From positions 160,001 through 224,000 of the forward strand of contig CAXRHT010000001.1 in NCBI GenBank assembly GCA_964230645.1: DNA of 64,000 bases. The letters are read 5' to 3'. Source of the stretch: Bdellovibrionales bacterium (GTDB lineage: Bacteria > Bdellovibrionota > Bdellovibrionia > Bdellovibrionales > JAGQZY01). The position numbers were made by a program, and so were the translations under genes. The notes under the pieces are model-generated. The model made no database searches and was not told where the DNA came from. It saw nothing but the letters and a program-made list of their open reading frames with translations. Positions 10,685 through 21,212 of the stretch are shown piece after piece (within the stretch, counting starts at the first letter, position 1; every line of letters begins with the position of its first letter).

Positions 10685-11511
10685 TGAACGATAAAAAACC
10701 TGAAATCGCTGTTACTGGACCGAGTCTTGGCGGTTACCCCGCTTGGTTTTTCACCGCACTGCAAGTTTGGATAGCGGGTGGAAAAGCCACCTACCTCCCT
10801 CCCCAAGAGCTCAATGAGAAAAAGATCCGTCAATTTGATGGTATCATCTTAGGGGGTGGAGCCGATATCAGTCCTAAACTTTATAGAAACAACGAAGAAA
10901 GTGAAGAAGATCTGGAACTTGTGGAAGACGAGGTGGCCCGTACGGAAAACTTTGTGGTAAAATTTATTAAGCTTATTTTGCTAAAAATATTTAACTACAG
11001 CCCCAGTCGTCATCAAACCGATTTTGAAAGAGACCTTTTTGAAATGAAAGTCCTGCGCCTTGCTGTTAAACAGAAAATCCCTGTTTTTGGAATATGCCGA
11101 GGCATGCAAATGATCAATGTCTTCTATGGGGGTAAAATTGATCCCGACATTAAACGTCACTACACTGAAAAAGAAAAGCTCAAACGCGGACATCGACCTG
11201 TCAAAAAAATCAGATTAGAAAAAAACTCTCTGCTCTTCGATGCCATTGGCAAAGAAGACCTTAAGGTTAATGCTTTTCATGATCAAGGCATCTTACACCT
11301 GGGTAAAGAGCTCTGTATTACAGCCTCTGAGAAAAACGGGGTGATTCAGGGTATCGAGCAGTGCGAGGGAGAAAGCGCTTTGGTTATGGGCGTACAATGG
11401 CATCCAGAATTTATGGTCTACCAACGCGCACAGAGAAAACTGTTTTCCTGGTATGTGAAACAACTCAAAACGGAAGAGCTTGTCAGTCGGAAGGAACGGT
11501 TTGCAACGTAG
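10684..11511 (+). CDS. Class I glutamine amidotransferase / peptidase C26 (gamma-glutamyl hydrolase-like)
   Basis: LGGGADI, GICRGMQ (Cys nucleophile), H.Q, GVQWHPE; TAATG overlap with the amidoligase. Confidence 0.9.
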   Translation: MNDKKPEIAVTGPSLGGYPAWFFTALQVWIAGGKATYLPPQELNEKKIRQFDGIILGGGADISPKLYRNNEESEEDLELVEDEVARTENFVVKFIKLILLKIFNYSPSRHQTDFERDLFEMKVLRLAVKQKIPVFGICRGMQMINVFYGGKIDPDIKRHYTEKEKLKRGHRPVKKIRLEKNSLLFDAIGKEDLKVNAFHDQGILHLGKELCITASEKNGVIQGIEQCEGESALVMGVQWHPEFMVYQRAQRKLFSWYVKQLKTEELVSRKERFAT

Positions 11512-11512
11512 A

Positions 11513-12172
11513 ATGAATCCACGCCTGATTGTTCTTGTCTTATTTTTAGTGGCCGTAACAACTTTGTGGTTTTTTACACCCCTCAAGAAGCTTTTCCAGC
11601 CTGAAACGCTCTGGGAATATTCTGTGGATCTCGCTCAGTCCCCTTGGACCCCCGCCCTCTTACTAGCCCTCTTTTTTATAGGAACTTGTGTGTTTATCCC
11701 GGTGGTCGCTGTGGCTCTTGCCAGTGCGATGATTTATTCTTTTTGGATGGGTCTTTTACTTTCTTTGCTTGGAGTTTTTTTAGCCTCCCTTTCGGGCTAC
11801 TTTTTAGGACGCTACTTCGGAATGGGCTTCCTTCCTGAGAAAGTAGCCAACCGAGTAAATAATTTCTCAGAGCATTTTCAAAACGCCACCGGCTGGACCG
11901 TGTTAGCTCTTCGAGTGGCTCCCACCCCTCCTTTTACACTCACCAGTATGCTCTCGGGAGTGTTTAAAATACCAATACTCCCCTACTGTCTTGGCACTGT
12001 GGTTGGTATGATCCCGATGATGACTCTTATTCAACTCTTTGGCACTCAAATCATTGATCTTGTGCGTAACCCTTCATTTCTTGCACTATTTTCGGTCATC
12101 GCTGTCGTAATCCTCATTTTTGTATATAATCAGATCAAGAACCATTGGACAAAAAATAGGAGCTTGTCGTGA
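11513..12172 (+). CDS. TVP38/TMEM64 (VTT/DedA superfamily) membrane protein
   Basis: Hydrophobic; G..L.S..GY.LGR and LRVAP.PPF motifs; ATG 1 nt after the upstream stop. Confidence 0.85.
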   Translation: MNPRLIVLVLFLVAVTTLWFFTPLKKLFQPETLWEYSVDLAQSPWTPALLLALFFIGTCVFIPVVAVALASAMIYSFWMGLLLSLLGVFLASLSGYFLGRYFGMGFLPEKVANRVNNFSEHFQNATGWTVLALRVAPTPPFTLTSMLSGVFKIPILPYCLGTVVGMIPMMTLIQLFGTQIIDLVRNPSFLALFSVIAVVILIFVYNQIKNHWTKNRSLS

Positions 12173-12909
12173 AGTTATTAGCCTCGATATTGGCCATTCT
12201 TTTATCTATCAGTATTTTGCCGTCCAAAAGCTTTGCTGACGTCGAAAACTACAGTGGAGTTGTTTACGATATTGAAACTTCAAAAAAGCGTTTCACCTTT
12301 AGTCACGAAATGGAGAAGAAGGACGGAAAGGTTCTATCTAAAGTCACTTACAAAAATCTCAATGGAGATATGGTTCTTGTTGAAGAAATTGAAACTCGCG
12401 CCGGTAATCTTAAAAACTATAATATCAAACAACTACAAACCAATCGTTCTGCCCACGTATATCTTGATAACAAAAACGTGCATTTTTATCTGCGCGACAT
12501 TAAAACAGACAAAATAATAAAAAAAGAAAAAAAAGATATTCCCGACTCAAAAATTGCTGTTGGCTCGACCATATTTAACTTAGTTGACCGAAACTCAGAT
12601 CGCCTAGCCAAAGACAAGGACGTGGATTTTAGCATTGCCCTTTGGGGGCGCCAGGACCTTATTGATTTTTATCTTAGACGAGAAAATATCGACGGGCCCA
12701 TTCTGACGATCCATATGCTTCCAAGTAACTTTTTCATTCGTCAGTTTGTCGACACTATTGAAATAAAGTTTGATCGTAAGTCTCAGAAAATTGTCTCCTA
12801 CAAGGGGCGAACCAATCTCATGGTAAAAAGCGATGGAGAATGGAAGGAGTTTGATGGTCTCATCAAAATCTCCGAAAAATCTCAACTTCGTAATCTTACG
12901 AATGACTAA
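12169..12909 (+). CDS. Hypothetical exported beta-rich protein
   Basis: Signal peptide MKLLASILAILLSISILPSKSFA; GTGA overlap with the upstream gene. Confidence 0.75.
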   Translation: MKLLASILAILLSISILPSKSFADVENYSGVVYDIETSKKRFTFSHEMEKKDGKVLSKVTYKNLNGDMVLVEEIETRAGNLKNYNIKQLQTNRSAHVYLDNKNVHFYLRDIKTDKIIKKEKKDIPDSKIAVGSTIFNLVDRNSDRLAKDKDVDFSIALWGRQDLIDFYLRRENIDGPILTIHMLPSNFFIRQFVDTIEIKFDRKSQKIVSYKGRTNLMVKSDGEWKEFDGLIKISEKSQLRNLTND

Positions 12910-13588
12910 CTTGTTTGGATTTTAATACTTTTTTCTTTGCGATAAGAAATAGAGGAATCAGAATCAAGGCCGCTCCCATAGCACAGGCTGTAATCACCGA
13001 GGGCTCCTTGAGTAACGACATAGCTCTCGATCCCAGTATAAGGCCAAGTGCGATCATAGGACCAAGACCTAAAAGAGATGCTAGTAGATACTGAGGGAAA
13101 CTCAATTTTAAGGAACCAGCGATCACACTGGTGGCAATGAATGGCGGCTGGGGAGCCAACCGCAAGGCGCCAATGGCCCAAAAACTCAATCGCTCCACTT
13201 CTTTTCTTACGAAATCAACGTGTTTTTTAAAACGCGGCATCTCGGCAACGTTCAAAAAGTAACGGCCCACCAAGTAACTAAAGGTCGCCGATAACGCCAC
13301 ACCAAGCAGAGAACAGAGGGTGGCTTTCCAGAAGGGAAAGACAATCACAGTTAAAACGGAGGTTAAGGTCAGAGGAAACAATACCCAGCTTCCTAACGTG
13401 AAGATAATAAGAAAGACAAAAAAACTGATCCAATTGTCTGGGGTTTTGGCAGCGGCTCTGAGGGCATTCTCAGCGGAGAGATGCTCACCCATGGGAGAAA
13501 GATAAACAACAGTGATCAATAAGGCCAAGCCCCCGAAAAACGCCACTAGCTTCACGAAATAACTACGTTCTTTATATCCTAATTCCAC
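12896..13588 (-). CDS. TVP38/TMEM64 (VTT/DedA superfamily) membrane protein
   Basis: SYLVGRY and LRLAPQPPF motifs; paralogous to 11513..12172. Confidence 0.85.
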   Translation of the reverse strand: MELGYKERSYFVKLVAFFGGLALLITVVYLSPMGEHLSAENALRAAAKTPDNWISFFVFLIIFTLGSWVLFPLTLTSVLTVIVFPFWKATLCSLLGVALSATFSYLVGRYFLNVAEMPRFKKHVDFVRKEVERLSFWAIGALRLAPQPPFIATSVIAGSLKLSFPQYLLASLLGLGPMIALGLILGSRAMSLLKEPSVITACAMGAALILIPLFLIAKKKVLKSKQVSHS

Positions 13589-13700
13589 AGATCGAGTCCT
13601 CCAACTGTATAGTAATAATTTAAACTCTGATGAGCTTTAGAGAATCTAAACTAGGTGACAAACTTGTGTAATTATTTTCAAAGGTGAGGGAAAGCTAAGC

Positions 13701-14138
13701 CTATTTTAGCTTATAGGAGCGAGTTTTATCACCTGGAGGTTTACTTATCTCGATTTCCAAAAGATTCCAATCCAGAGGAAGATCCTGAGAATTAATACGG
13801 TCCGCCCATTCAATCAACACAAGACCTTTTTCCTGGGAGAAAAGATCCCAAAAGCCTGTGCTCTCTAAGTCTTCCTCGCCTTCGGTTCGATATAAATCCA
13901 CATGGGCGATAAAAGGATACTTTTTCGTTGAGTAGTGATTGATTAAAGAAAACGTGGGTGATGAGACAGGCTCATTCACTCCAAGCTGTGCCAGAGCGAT
14001 TTCAACGAGCTTGGTTTTACCAGCTCCCAGTGGTCCCACCAAACTTAGTATTTGTTTTTCTTGAAAACGAGTCGTGATGATCTCTTGAATCCAAGGTTTA
14101 ACTTCACTAAGGCTAAGAGTAACGGGCTTCATTATCAA
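13701..14138 (-). CDS. tsaE: tRNA t6A biosynthesis ATPase TsaE
   Basis: GPLGAGKT, V.SPTF, H.DLYR, LIEW. Confidence 0.93.
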   Translation of the reverse strand: MIMKPVTLSLSEVKPWIQEIITTRFQEKQILSLVGPLGAGKTKLVEIALAQLGVNEPVSSPTFSLINHYSTKKYPFIAHVDLYRTEGEEDLESTGFWDLFSQEKGLVLIEWADRINSQDLPLDWNLLEIEISKPPGDKTRSYKLK

Positions 14139-15496
14139 TTGAGATTTTTTTCTAGGAAAGAGGCCATCTCTTGAGCGTGATCAGAAATCTGTCTTTTGTT
14201 AGGGCCTTCAACCAAGACACGCACAAGATTCTCGGTGCCAGAGTAGCGCACTAAAATTCGCCCTTCGCCTTTGAGCTCTTTTTCAATTTTTGATTTGATC
14301 TCACCGTAGCCTTTAAGATCCTTTAGATCCTTCTTTTTCTTGATCTTTGTATTCACCAAAATCTGGGGCATCTCTTTCATAACTTCATTGAGCTCGCTGA
14401 GTTTTTTTCCAGAAGCCTTCATCACGGCCAGTATATTGAGGGCGGCTACGATACCGTCTCCTGTGGTGGAGTGTTCTAAAAAGATGATGTGTCCTGATTG
14501 CTCACCTCCTAGGGTGTAGCCATATTTTCGCATCTCTTGCACCACGTGTTTATCACCCACATCGGTGCGAACCACTTGAATGCCATTTTCTTTCATTAAT
14601 TTATCAAGGGCAAAGTTACTCATTGAAGTTGCGACCACTGTATTTTTAGGAAGGCGATCCTGCTTTTTTAAATGAAGAGCGCAAATGGCTAAAATGTGAT
14701 CACCATTCACCACTTTTCCTTTTTCATCAGCCATAATCACTCGGTCAGCGTCACCATCAAGGCTCACTCCCACATCGGCGCGATACTTCACCACGGCTTC
14801 TGTCATTTTCACAGGATAAAGAGCGCCGGCTTTATCGTTGACGTTAAAACCGTTGGGCTGATTACCCAGCAAAATCACCTCAGCACCGAGTTCTTCAAAC
14901 ACAGCCGGGGCCACCTTGTATGAGGCTCCGTGAGCACAGTCGAGAACAATACGAACTCCTTCTAAGGTGTACTCAAGAGGAAACGTATTTTTTAGATCGA
15001 CAATATAGCGACCTTGAGCATCCTCGATTCGCTTTGTTCTTCCAAGGTTAGGACCATCGGCAAGAAGAGGTTCCATTTCCGTATCGAGAACAAGTTTTTC
15101 AATTTCGTCTTCCATGGCTGACGAGATCTTAAATCCGTCTGAGCCAAAGATTTTAATTCCATTATCATGATAGGGGTTATGGGAAGCTGAAATTACAATT
15201 CCGGCATCGGCTCTCATATTTCGAGCCAAGAATCCAATACCAGGAGTGGGAAGGGGGCCGACCAATTGCACATGCACCCCCATAGAATTAAGACCACTTG
15301 TGAGAGCTAATTCCACCATATAACCTGAGAGTCTTGTGTCCTTACCGATCACCACCTTGGCGTGATGATTACGAGGCGGGTCTTTTTTGATCAAATAGCC
15401 CAGGGCCTGACCGACTTTTAAAATAATCTCAGGAGTCATGGGATAGTGATTGGCGGTCGCGCGGATTCCATCGGTACCAAAAAGTCGTTTTGCCAT
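14135..15496 (-). CDS. glmM: Phosphoglucosamine mutase
   Basis: LFGTDGIR, GKDTRLSGY, ISASHNP, DGDADR, GGEQSGH, RYSGTE. Confidence 0.97.
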   Translation of the reverse strand: MAKRLFGTDGIRATANHYPMTPEIILKVGQALGYLIKKDPPRNHHAKVVIGKDTRLSGYMVELALTSGLNSMGVHVQLVGPLPTPGIGFLARNMRADAGIVISASHNPYHDNGIKIFGSDGFKISSAMEDEIEKLVLDTEMEPLLADGPNLGRTKRIEDAQGRYIVDLKNTFPLEYTLEGVRIVLDCAHGASYKVAPAVFEELGAEVILLGNQPNGFNVNDKAGALYPVKMTEAVVKYRADVGVSLDGDADRVIMADEKGKVVNGDHILAICALHLKKQDRLPKNTVVATSMSNFALDKLMKENGIQVVRTDVGDKHVVQEMRKYGYTLGGEQSGHIIFLEHSTTGDGIVAALNILAVMKASGKKLSELNEVMKEMPQILVNTKIKKKKDLKDLKGYGEIKSKIEKELKGEGRILVRYSGTENLVRVLVEGPNKRQISDHAQEMASFLEKNLN

Positions 15497-15631
15497 AAAC
15501 TGCTTCCTTTTATGCTCCCCTGTTCTGGGAAAATCATCTGTTATCTAATAAGTGGTTTTATACCATAAAATTAAGGGACTTTGCACGGTTGTTCTCATGC
15601 TTTGGCGGAGCCGAGCTTCTAAAATTTAAAC

Positions 15632-15663
15632 AAAAAAAAGGCTCCCACTGAAAAGGAGCCTTT
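15632..15663 (-). terminator. Intrinsic terminator after ftsH
   Basis: AAAGGCTCC/GGAGCCTTT inverted repeat with a T-run on the minus strand. Confidence 0.75.
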
Positions 15664-15688
15664 CTTTGAAAAAGTTGCAAAAAAGTCA

Positions 15689-17683
15689 CTAAGCTGTGAC
15701 GGGATCTCCTGGGACACCGCCGCTGGCCATCTTCTCTTGCGCCTCTTTTTCCTCTTCTTTTTCTTTTTTCTCCATTTCTTCGCGCGCTTCCTTCTGCTCT
15801 TTTGCCATTTTGCGCTCACGCTCTTCAAGACGCGTTTTTAGATCGTCAAGATTTCCACCTTTCATAATCATCGAAACATCTTCACCGTCGATTGTTTCAA
15901 ACTCAAGAAGGGCTTTGGCCAGAGTATGAAGGACTTCTAGGTTATCTTCGAGAAGACGACGCGCCTTATTGTAGCCATCCATAATAATGCGATGAACTTC
16001 ACGGTCGATCTCCTCGGCTTTAGAATCGGAGTACTCCTTGTTACTGCCACCGTTCTGCATTCCTAAAAATACGGGGCCATCGTTTTTCTCGTATGCTAAG
16101 GGTCCAAGCTTCTCACTCATTCCCCATTCACAGACCATTTTGCGAGCCACATCCGTGGCGCGCTCAATATCGTTTCCGGCTCCTGTGGTGTAGTCTTCAA
16201 AAATAATTTCTTCGGCAACACGTCCACCAAAGAGCATGGCAATCATGTTCTCAGCACTCTTCTTAGACATATTAAGACGGTCTTTTTCCGGCAAGAACTG
16301 GGTGAGACCTAGCGCCATTCCCCGAGGAATAATCGTCACCTTATGAAGAGGATCCGTTCCTTTGAGCATTTTCCCAACTAGAGCGTGTCCAGCTTCGTGG
16401 TAAGCCGTGATCTTTTTGTCCTCATCGCTAATAACCATGGACTTTCTTTCAGAACCCATGATCACTTTATCTTTAGCAAAATCAAAATCACTCATGGTAA
16501 CTTTGGAGTGATTATTTCTAGCAGCGTTCAGAGCCGCCTCATTCACTAAATTGGCTAAATCGGCACCAGAAAACCCAGGGGTTCCTTGTGCTACTTTTTT
16601 AAGATTTACATCACTGGCCGCAGGAACTTTCTTAGCGTGCACCGCTAAGATCTTTTCACGTCCGTGAAGATCGGGCTTATTGACCACCACACGTCGATCA
16701 AAACGACCGGGGCGAAGAAGGGCTGGATCCAACACGTCCGGACGGTTGGTGGCAGCGATAATGATCACACCATCGTTACTTTCAAATCCATCCATTTCAA
16801 CAAGCATTTGGTTAAGGGTTTGCTCACGCTCATCATGACCTCCACCCATTCCAGCACCACGGTGGCGGCCGACAGCGTCGATCTCATCAATAAAAATCAA
16901 ACAAGGAGCATTCCGCTTTCCTTGCTCAAATAAGTCACGCACTCGACTCGCACCCACACCCACAAACATCTCAACGAAATCAGAACCTGAGATTGTAAAG
17001 AAAGGAACACCCGCTTCACCAGCGACAGCTCGAGCTAAAAGAGTTTTACCCGTTCCAGGGGGGCCGACTAAGAGAACACCTTTAGGAATTTTACCGCCAA
17101 GTTTGGTGTACTTTTTAGCATCCTTAAGGAAGTCCACCACTTCGGTGAGTTCTTCTTTGGCTTCGACAACACCAGCAACATCATTAAATGTGACTCGGTT
17201 TTTATTCTCTGTTAATAATTTTGCCTTACTCTTTCCAAAGGACATGGCCTTTCCACCACCGACCTGAAGCTGCCTCATCACAAAGATAAAGAGTCCAAAA
17301 ATAATGAGGATCGGCAGATAGTTCATAAGAAAAACCATCATAAAAGAATTATTGGCGTTGGATTCGTACTTCGGGGTGATACCGTTTTGCTCTAAAAGAC
17401 GGTTCCCCTGCTCACCGATATTTCCGACGATGGTAAAATCTTTACCACCGAATTCTTTTTTATAGGGATCTTTAATTGTTCCATGGATTTCTCCCACGTC
17501 TCCACCGGAGCCTGTGTCACGGAACGTAATACTCTCGATTTTATTGTTTTCAAGAGCCTGTCTGAACTTAGGGTAATCAAAGTCGGCGATTTGGGTTTGC
17601 TTAGTTTGTTCGTAAGCCTGCACAAGTAATACAACGACTAAGATTGCAAGGGCCCAGAAGGCCATGGATCGCGATGCTTTCAT
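15689..17683 (-). CDS. ftsH: ATP-dependent zinc metalloprotease FtsH
   Basis: Two TM helices, [26 protein letters not shown]. Confidence 0.98.
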   Translation of the reverse strand: MKASRSMAFWALAILVVVLLVQAYEQTKQTQIADFDYPKFRQALENNKIESITFRDTGSGGDVGEIHGTIKDPYKKEFGGKDFTIVGNIGEQGNRLLEQNGITPKYESNANNSFMMVFLMNYLPILIIFGLFIFVMRQLQVGGGKAMSFGKSKAKLLTENKNRVTFNDVAGVVEAKEELTEVVDFLKDAKKYTKLGGKIPKGVLLVGPPGTGKTLLARAVAGEAGVPFFTISGSDFVEMFVGVGASRVRDLFEQGKRNAPCLIFIDEIDAVGRHRGAGMGGGHDEREQTLNQMLVEMDGFESNDGVIIIAATNRPDVLDPALLRPGRFDRRVVVNKPDLHGREKILAVHAKKVPAASDVNLKKVAQGTPGFSGADLANLVNEAALNAARNNHSKVTMSDFDFAKDKVIMGSERKSMVISDEDKKITAYHEAGHALVGKMLKGTDPLHKVTIIPRGMALGLTQFLPEKDRLNMSKKSAENMIAMLFGGRVAEEIIFEDYTTGAGNDIERATDVARKMVCEWGMSEKLGPLAYEKNDGPVFLGMQNGGSNKEYSDSKAEEIDREVHRIIMDGYNKARRLLEDNLEVLHTLAKALLEFETIDGEDVSMIMKGGNLDDLKTRLEERERKMAKEQKEAREEMEKKEKEEEKEAQEKMASGGVPGDPVTA

Positions 17684-17742
17684 TTCACTTCCTTTTGGTA
17701 AAGCCTTTCTCTAGTTTAACACTGTCAGGAGGAGGGCTCAAT

Positions 17743-18720
17743 TCAGGCCGAGAAGTCTCGGCTCATTCGTCCTGCGTCAACTTTCCAACGCTGACCCAAT
17801 AGTTTAAATGTGAGTCTTTTCTGGGAAGTGTCAAGGCGCTTAAGGGTCTCTTTTAGGTGAGAGAGACCATAGTTTTTTAGCCCCAAACGACGAAAATATT
17901 CGGCAACAACCCTTATTTTTTGCTGATCTCCCAAAGAGAGCAGTTCAGCGACAAATAAGGCCTCTTCATCCATAAACTGACTAAAATCCAGAGTTTGCTT
18001 CTCATTTTCTGACATTAGAGTCTCAAGAGATCGGGCAAAACTGTCCCTAGAACCAGGACGCTTGTCTTCTAATTGCGGCAACCAGTCATTGCGAATCCAA
18101 TTTCGAAACGCCTCATTCACCCCATTGGAAGGGTCTTCAAGCCACTCAGCCTTTTGGGACTGCATATAAGTTTTTAATTCCATTTTAGAAAATTCTAGAA
18201 GCGGCCTTATGCGATCTCCTTGTTGAAACTGCATTGAAAACAGATGATCCGGCCCCACACCTCGGATCAATCGCATGAGGCGTGTCTCAAAGAGGTCATC
18301 TTTATGATGGCCAAAAACCAGCAGATCCCCTTTTTCCGTTTCGATAAGACCCTTTAAATATTGTAAACGGGCTTTTCGGCACGCCTCTTCGGATCTCAAA
18401 GGTTTAGAGAAGGATTTCAAAAATTCTTTCGAATTATCACCATCAAAGTTGCTGAAAAATTTAAGTTCTCTTGAATCACATTGTTTTTTTACAAACTCAA
18501 AAGTGCGAAACCGATACTCGGTTTGCTCTTCACTTTCAGCGGGGCCATGATGAAAATGTGCCACTGAAAACTGGATTTGAAAATTGCGGTGAAAATGCTC
18601 AAAAAGATGGAGGAGAGCCATAGAATCAAGTCCCCCACTGATGCATAAAATAAAATGATTTTGAGACAGAGCTTGGAGTTTTTTTGTGAGTTTATGAATT
18701 TTCTGGGCTTGTAGTTTCAT
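17743..18720 (-). CDS. tilS: tRNA(Ile)-lysidine synthetase
   Basis: SGGLDS PP-loop, GHHKDD..ET..MRL.RG, RPLL, EDPSN, RN.IR; upstream of ftsH; start uncertain. Confidence 0.92.
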   Translation of the reverse strand: MKLQAQKIHKLTKKLQALSQNHFILCISGGLDSMALLHLFEHFHRNFQIQFSVAHFHHGPAESEEQTEYRFRTFEFVKKQCDSRELKFFSNFDGDNSKEFLKSFSKPLRSEEACRKARLQYLKGLIETEKGDLLVFGHHKDDLFETRLMRLIRGVGPDHLFSMQFQQGDRIRPLLEFSKMELKTYMQSQKAEWLEDPSNGVNEAFRNWIRNDWLPQLEDKRPGSRDSFARSLETLMSENEKQTLDFSQFMDEEALFVAELLSLGDQQKIRVVAEYFRRLGLKNYGLSHLKETLKRLDTSQKRLTFKLLGQRWKVDAGRMSRDFSA

Positions 18721-19090
18721 CCCGATCTTCAATCACATCATTTTTAGGAACAAATTCAATGTCGGCCTTGATAGAAATTTTGTGTTCTCTTAGAGCCTTC
18801 TTAATTTCTTTGACCACATCAATCTTTTGAATCACTTTTGAAAACTCACTGCCCACTCTTTGCATTAGATCCTGCTTAGATTTTTGAGCACCTTTTAAAA
18901 CCTGTACGATCACTTCTTTGGGAAGGTTGAGACCTGAAAGATAAATCTTCAACTGATCCTCTGAAAGAAAGGGGGAAGAAAGCCCTGTGGCCACGACCTT
19001 TCGGATGGTGTCTGAGATACCACCCTTTTTTTCTTCGTCCCAGTTTAGTTCTACTTTTTCATTTTCCATTTCTTTGTCTTCAGTTTCCAT
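18692..19090 (-). CDS. Hypothetical protein
   Basis: 132-aa ORF overlapping both neighbours in the operon. Confidence 0.7.
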   Translation of the reverse strand: METEDKEMENEKVELNWDEEKKGGISDTIRKVVATGLSSPFLSEDQLKIYLSGLNLPKEVIVQVLKGAQKSKQDLMQRVGSEFSKVIQKIDVVKEIKKALREHKISIKADIEFVPKNDVIEDRDETTSPENS

Positions 19091-19511
19091 AAAGTTCCGC
19101 CACTCGCTTGTGATAGGCTTTCATCATAGCTGGTAAATTGGCGCTAATCACTGTTTTTGTCATTGATTTAGGCACAAACATCCCAAACTGAGCCTCTACA
19201 AAGTACTCAGCCTTAGTTTTGCCATCCTCTTCACTCAGTTTCCAGTGCCCATTCATACTTTTAAATAAGTCTCCTTCAAGAAACCGCCAGGAGACTTCAT
19301 TGGGCCTGGATTCTTTCTGCTCATTCACGTAAGTGAGGGATTTTATCACTGAGATCTTAAACTCCACCTTCTTTGTGTCACCTTGATCCTCGAGGACATT
19401 GACTTCCTTCACCTCATTTAAAAACTGAGGATAGTTCTTGTAATCGATCAGAATTTCAAAGAACTGTTCCGGTGAGCAGTTGAAAACTTCTGTGTGTCGT
19501 ACTTCCGCCAT
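19080..19511 (-). CDS. SRPBCC/START (polyketide cyclase/Coq10/RatA-like) protein
   Basis: DY.NYP.FL, W....GD.FK.MNG.W.L pattern; GGAGG SD. Confidence 0.85.
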   Translation of the reverse strand: MAEVRHTEVFNCSPEQFFEILIDYKNYPQFLNEVKEVNVLEDQGDTKKVEFKISVIKSLTYVNEQKESRPNEVSWRFLEGDLFKSMNGHWKLSEEDGKTKAEYFVEAQFGMFVPKSMTKTVISANLPAMMKAYHKRVAELYGN

Positions 19512-19519
19512 GGGTCCTC

Positions 19520-19810
19520 CTATTTTTTAAAAAGTGCTTCGGCTTGCGCCAATAGATCATCTCTTTTGTCTTTTTCGAAGGTGCCGTCGCCTGGTTCAAA
19601 GTAATCGCAAAAATTACTCTCTTCCTTTTCTCGAACCACATCGGCTGAGGGTTCGCGGCACTCGTTGTAGGCATTTTCGTCGTAGAACCGACAGTTTTTA
19701 CAGACATGAAGGTCGGCCCCACACTTATCGCATTCATCGCGTCTCCCCACTCGGTCCATCACAGGGTTTTTCGTCCCGCAAGAAAAACAGACCACTTGGA
19801 CTTCTGCCAT
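19520..19810 (-). CDS. Small Cys-rich putative metal-binding protein
   Basis: CFSC, CDKC, CKNC, EC, NFCDYF. Confidence 0.75.
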   Translation of the reverse strand: MAEVQVVCFSCGTKNPVMDRVGRRDECDKCGADLHVCKNCRFYDENAYNECREPSADVVREKEESNFCDYFEPGDGTFEKDKRDDLLAQAEALFKK

Positions 19811-19813
19811 AAA

Positions 19814-20791
19814 TTAAAGACCTCCTGAGAAGGATTGGGGTTTCTTTTTCATATCATGATGAGAATCAATAAATCGAATGGTACCAGACTTTGAACGCAT
19901 CACAACCGATTGAGTTAAAACCTGGTTGTTACTTAAGAAACGAACGCCTTTTAGGAGCGGACCATCGGTCACACCGGTCGCGCAAAACATCACATCCCCT
20001 TTGGCCAAATCATCACGAGTGTAAACCCGGTCCGGGTCTTCTACTCCCATTTTTAGGGCTCTTTGCTTTTCTTCCTCACTTTGCCATTTCAGCTTTCCAA
20101 GAAAGTCGCCCCCTAGGCATTTGAGAGCGGCTGCCGTGATCACTCCCTCAGGAGCGGCACCAATTCCAAGGAGCATATCAATACCGGTTTCTTCAAGAGA
20201 GGCGGCAATCCCGGCTGAAACGTCTCCATCACCTATAAGGAGAATTCTTGAACCAAGAGCTCGAACTCTTGAAATTAGCTCCTTATGGCGGTCTCTTTCT
20301 AAGATAACAATGGTCATGTCTTCCACATTTTTATTCAGAGCTTCGGCTGTGGCTTTAATATTTTCTTCAGGGGTTTTATCAAAGGAAATCACACCTTTGG
20401 CTTTGGGCCCCACAGCAATTTTATCCATATAAGTATCAGGAGCGTGAAGGAAGTTTCCTTTTCCCGCCACGGCAATAACGGAAAGAGCTCCCACCCCTCC
20501 ACTAGCACAAATCGCCGTTCCCTCTAGGGGATCAAGGGCAATATCGACCTCTGGAGAGTCGGGCCCCACTTTGCCCACTTTTTCACCAATAAAAAGCATA
20601 GGGGCTTCGTCACGCTCCCCTTCTCCAATCACGATGGTTCCATCAATGGAGATATGGTTAAAAGCGCTGCGCATAGCATCAACAGCGGCTTGATCCGCTC
20701 CGTGAGAGTCTCCTCTTCCTGTCAATTTTGAGCATGCCAGTGATGCGGCTTCAGTGATTCGAACAAATTCTAGGGCTAAATTGCGATCCAT
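19814..20791 (-). CDS. glpX: Class II fructose-1,6-bisphosphatase
   Basis: VIGEGERDEAPML, DPLEGT, DGDV, APEGVI.AAA, ATGVTDG. Confidence 0.96.
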   Translation of the reverse strand: MDRNLALEFVRITEAASLACSKLTGRGDSHGADQAAVDAMRSAFNHISIDGTIVIGEGERDEAPMLFIGEKVGKVGPDSPEVDIALDPLEGTAICASGGVGALSVIAVAGKGNFLHAPDTYMDKIAVGPKAKGVISFDKTPEENIKATAEALNKNVEDMTIVILERDRHKELISRVRALGSRILLIGDGDVSAGIAASLEETGIDMLLGIGAAPEGVITAAALKCLGGDFLGKLKWQSEEEKQRALKMGVEDPDRVYTRDDLAKGDVMFCATGVTDGPLLKGVRFLSNNQVLTQSVVMRSKSGTIRFIDSHHDMKKKPQSFSGGL

Positions 20792-20792
20792 A

Positions 20793-21212
20793 CTAAGTTT
20801 TCTCCGCCTCGTCTTTTAGAAAATTGATCACATAAGCTGGCAGCCGGATGGCTCTGTTCTTTTCCATATCAAATGCGACATGGACTGTCTTACCAAAGGC
20901 TGAGGGTTTATCAATGCTTTTTGTCCATAGAACGTATTCAAACACCAGTTTAGCCCCTTCTTGGTAAGCACTGTAATCCACTGTAACTTCCTCGTTGAAT
21001 CTCAAGGCCAATTTGTAGTCGACATGGCAACTCACCAAGGGATAGTTCACGCGCCCGAGAATGTTACCCTCGGAGTCACCATGAAGTCTGCGAAGAAACT
21101 GCAAGCGGGCTTCCTCAAGAATCCGCACATAGTTGGCGTGATGGATGATACCCATAGCATCGGTTTCATAAAACTGTAAAAGACGCTTGTACTGGTATTT
21201 AGGCTTCAACAT
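20793..21212 (-). CDS. Acyl-CoA thioesterase (YbgC/4HBT hotdog family)
   Basis: FYETDAMGIIHHANY...EEAR motif. Confidence 0.9.
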   Translation of the reverse strand: MLKPKYQYKRLLQFYETDAMGIIHHANYVRILEEARLQFLRRLHGDSEGNILGRVNYPLVSCHVDYKLALRFNEEVTVDYSAYQEGAKLVFEYVLWTKSIDKPSAFGKTVHVAFDMEKNRAIRLPAYVINFLKDEAEKT

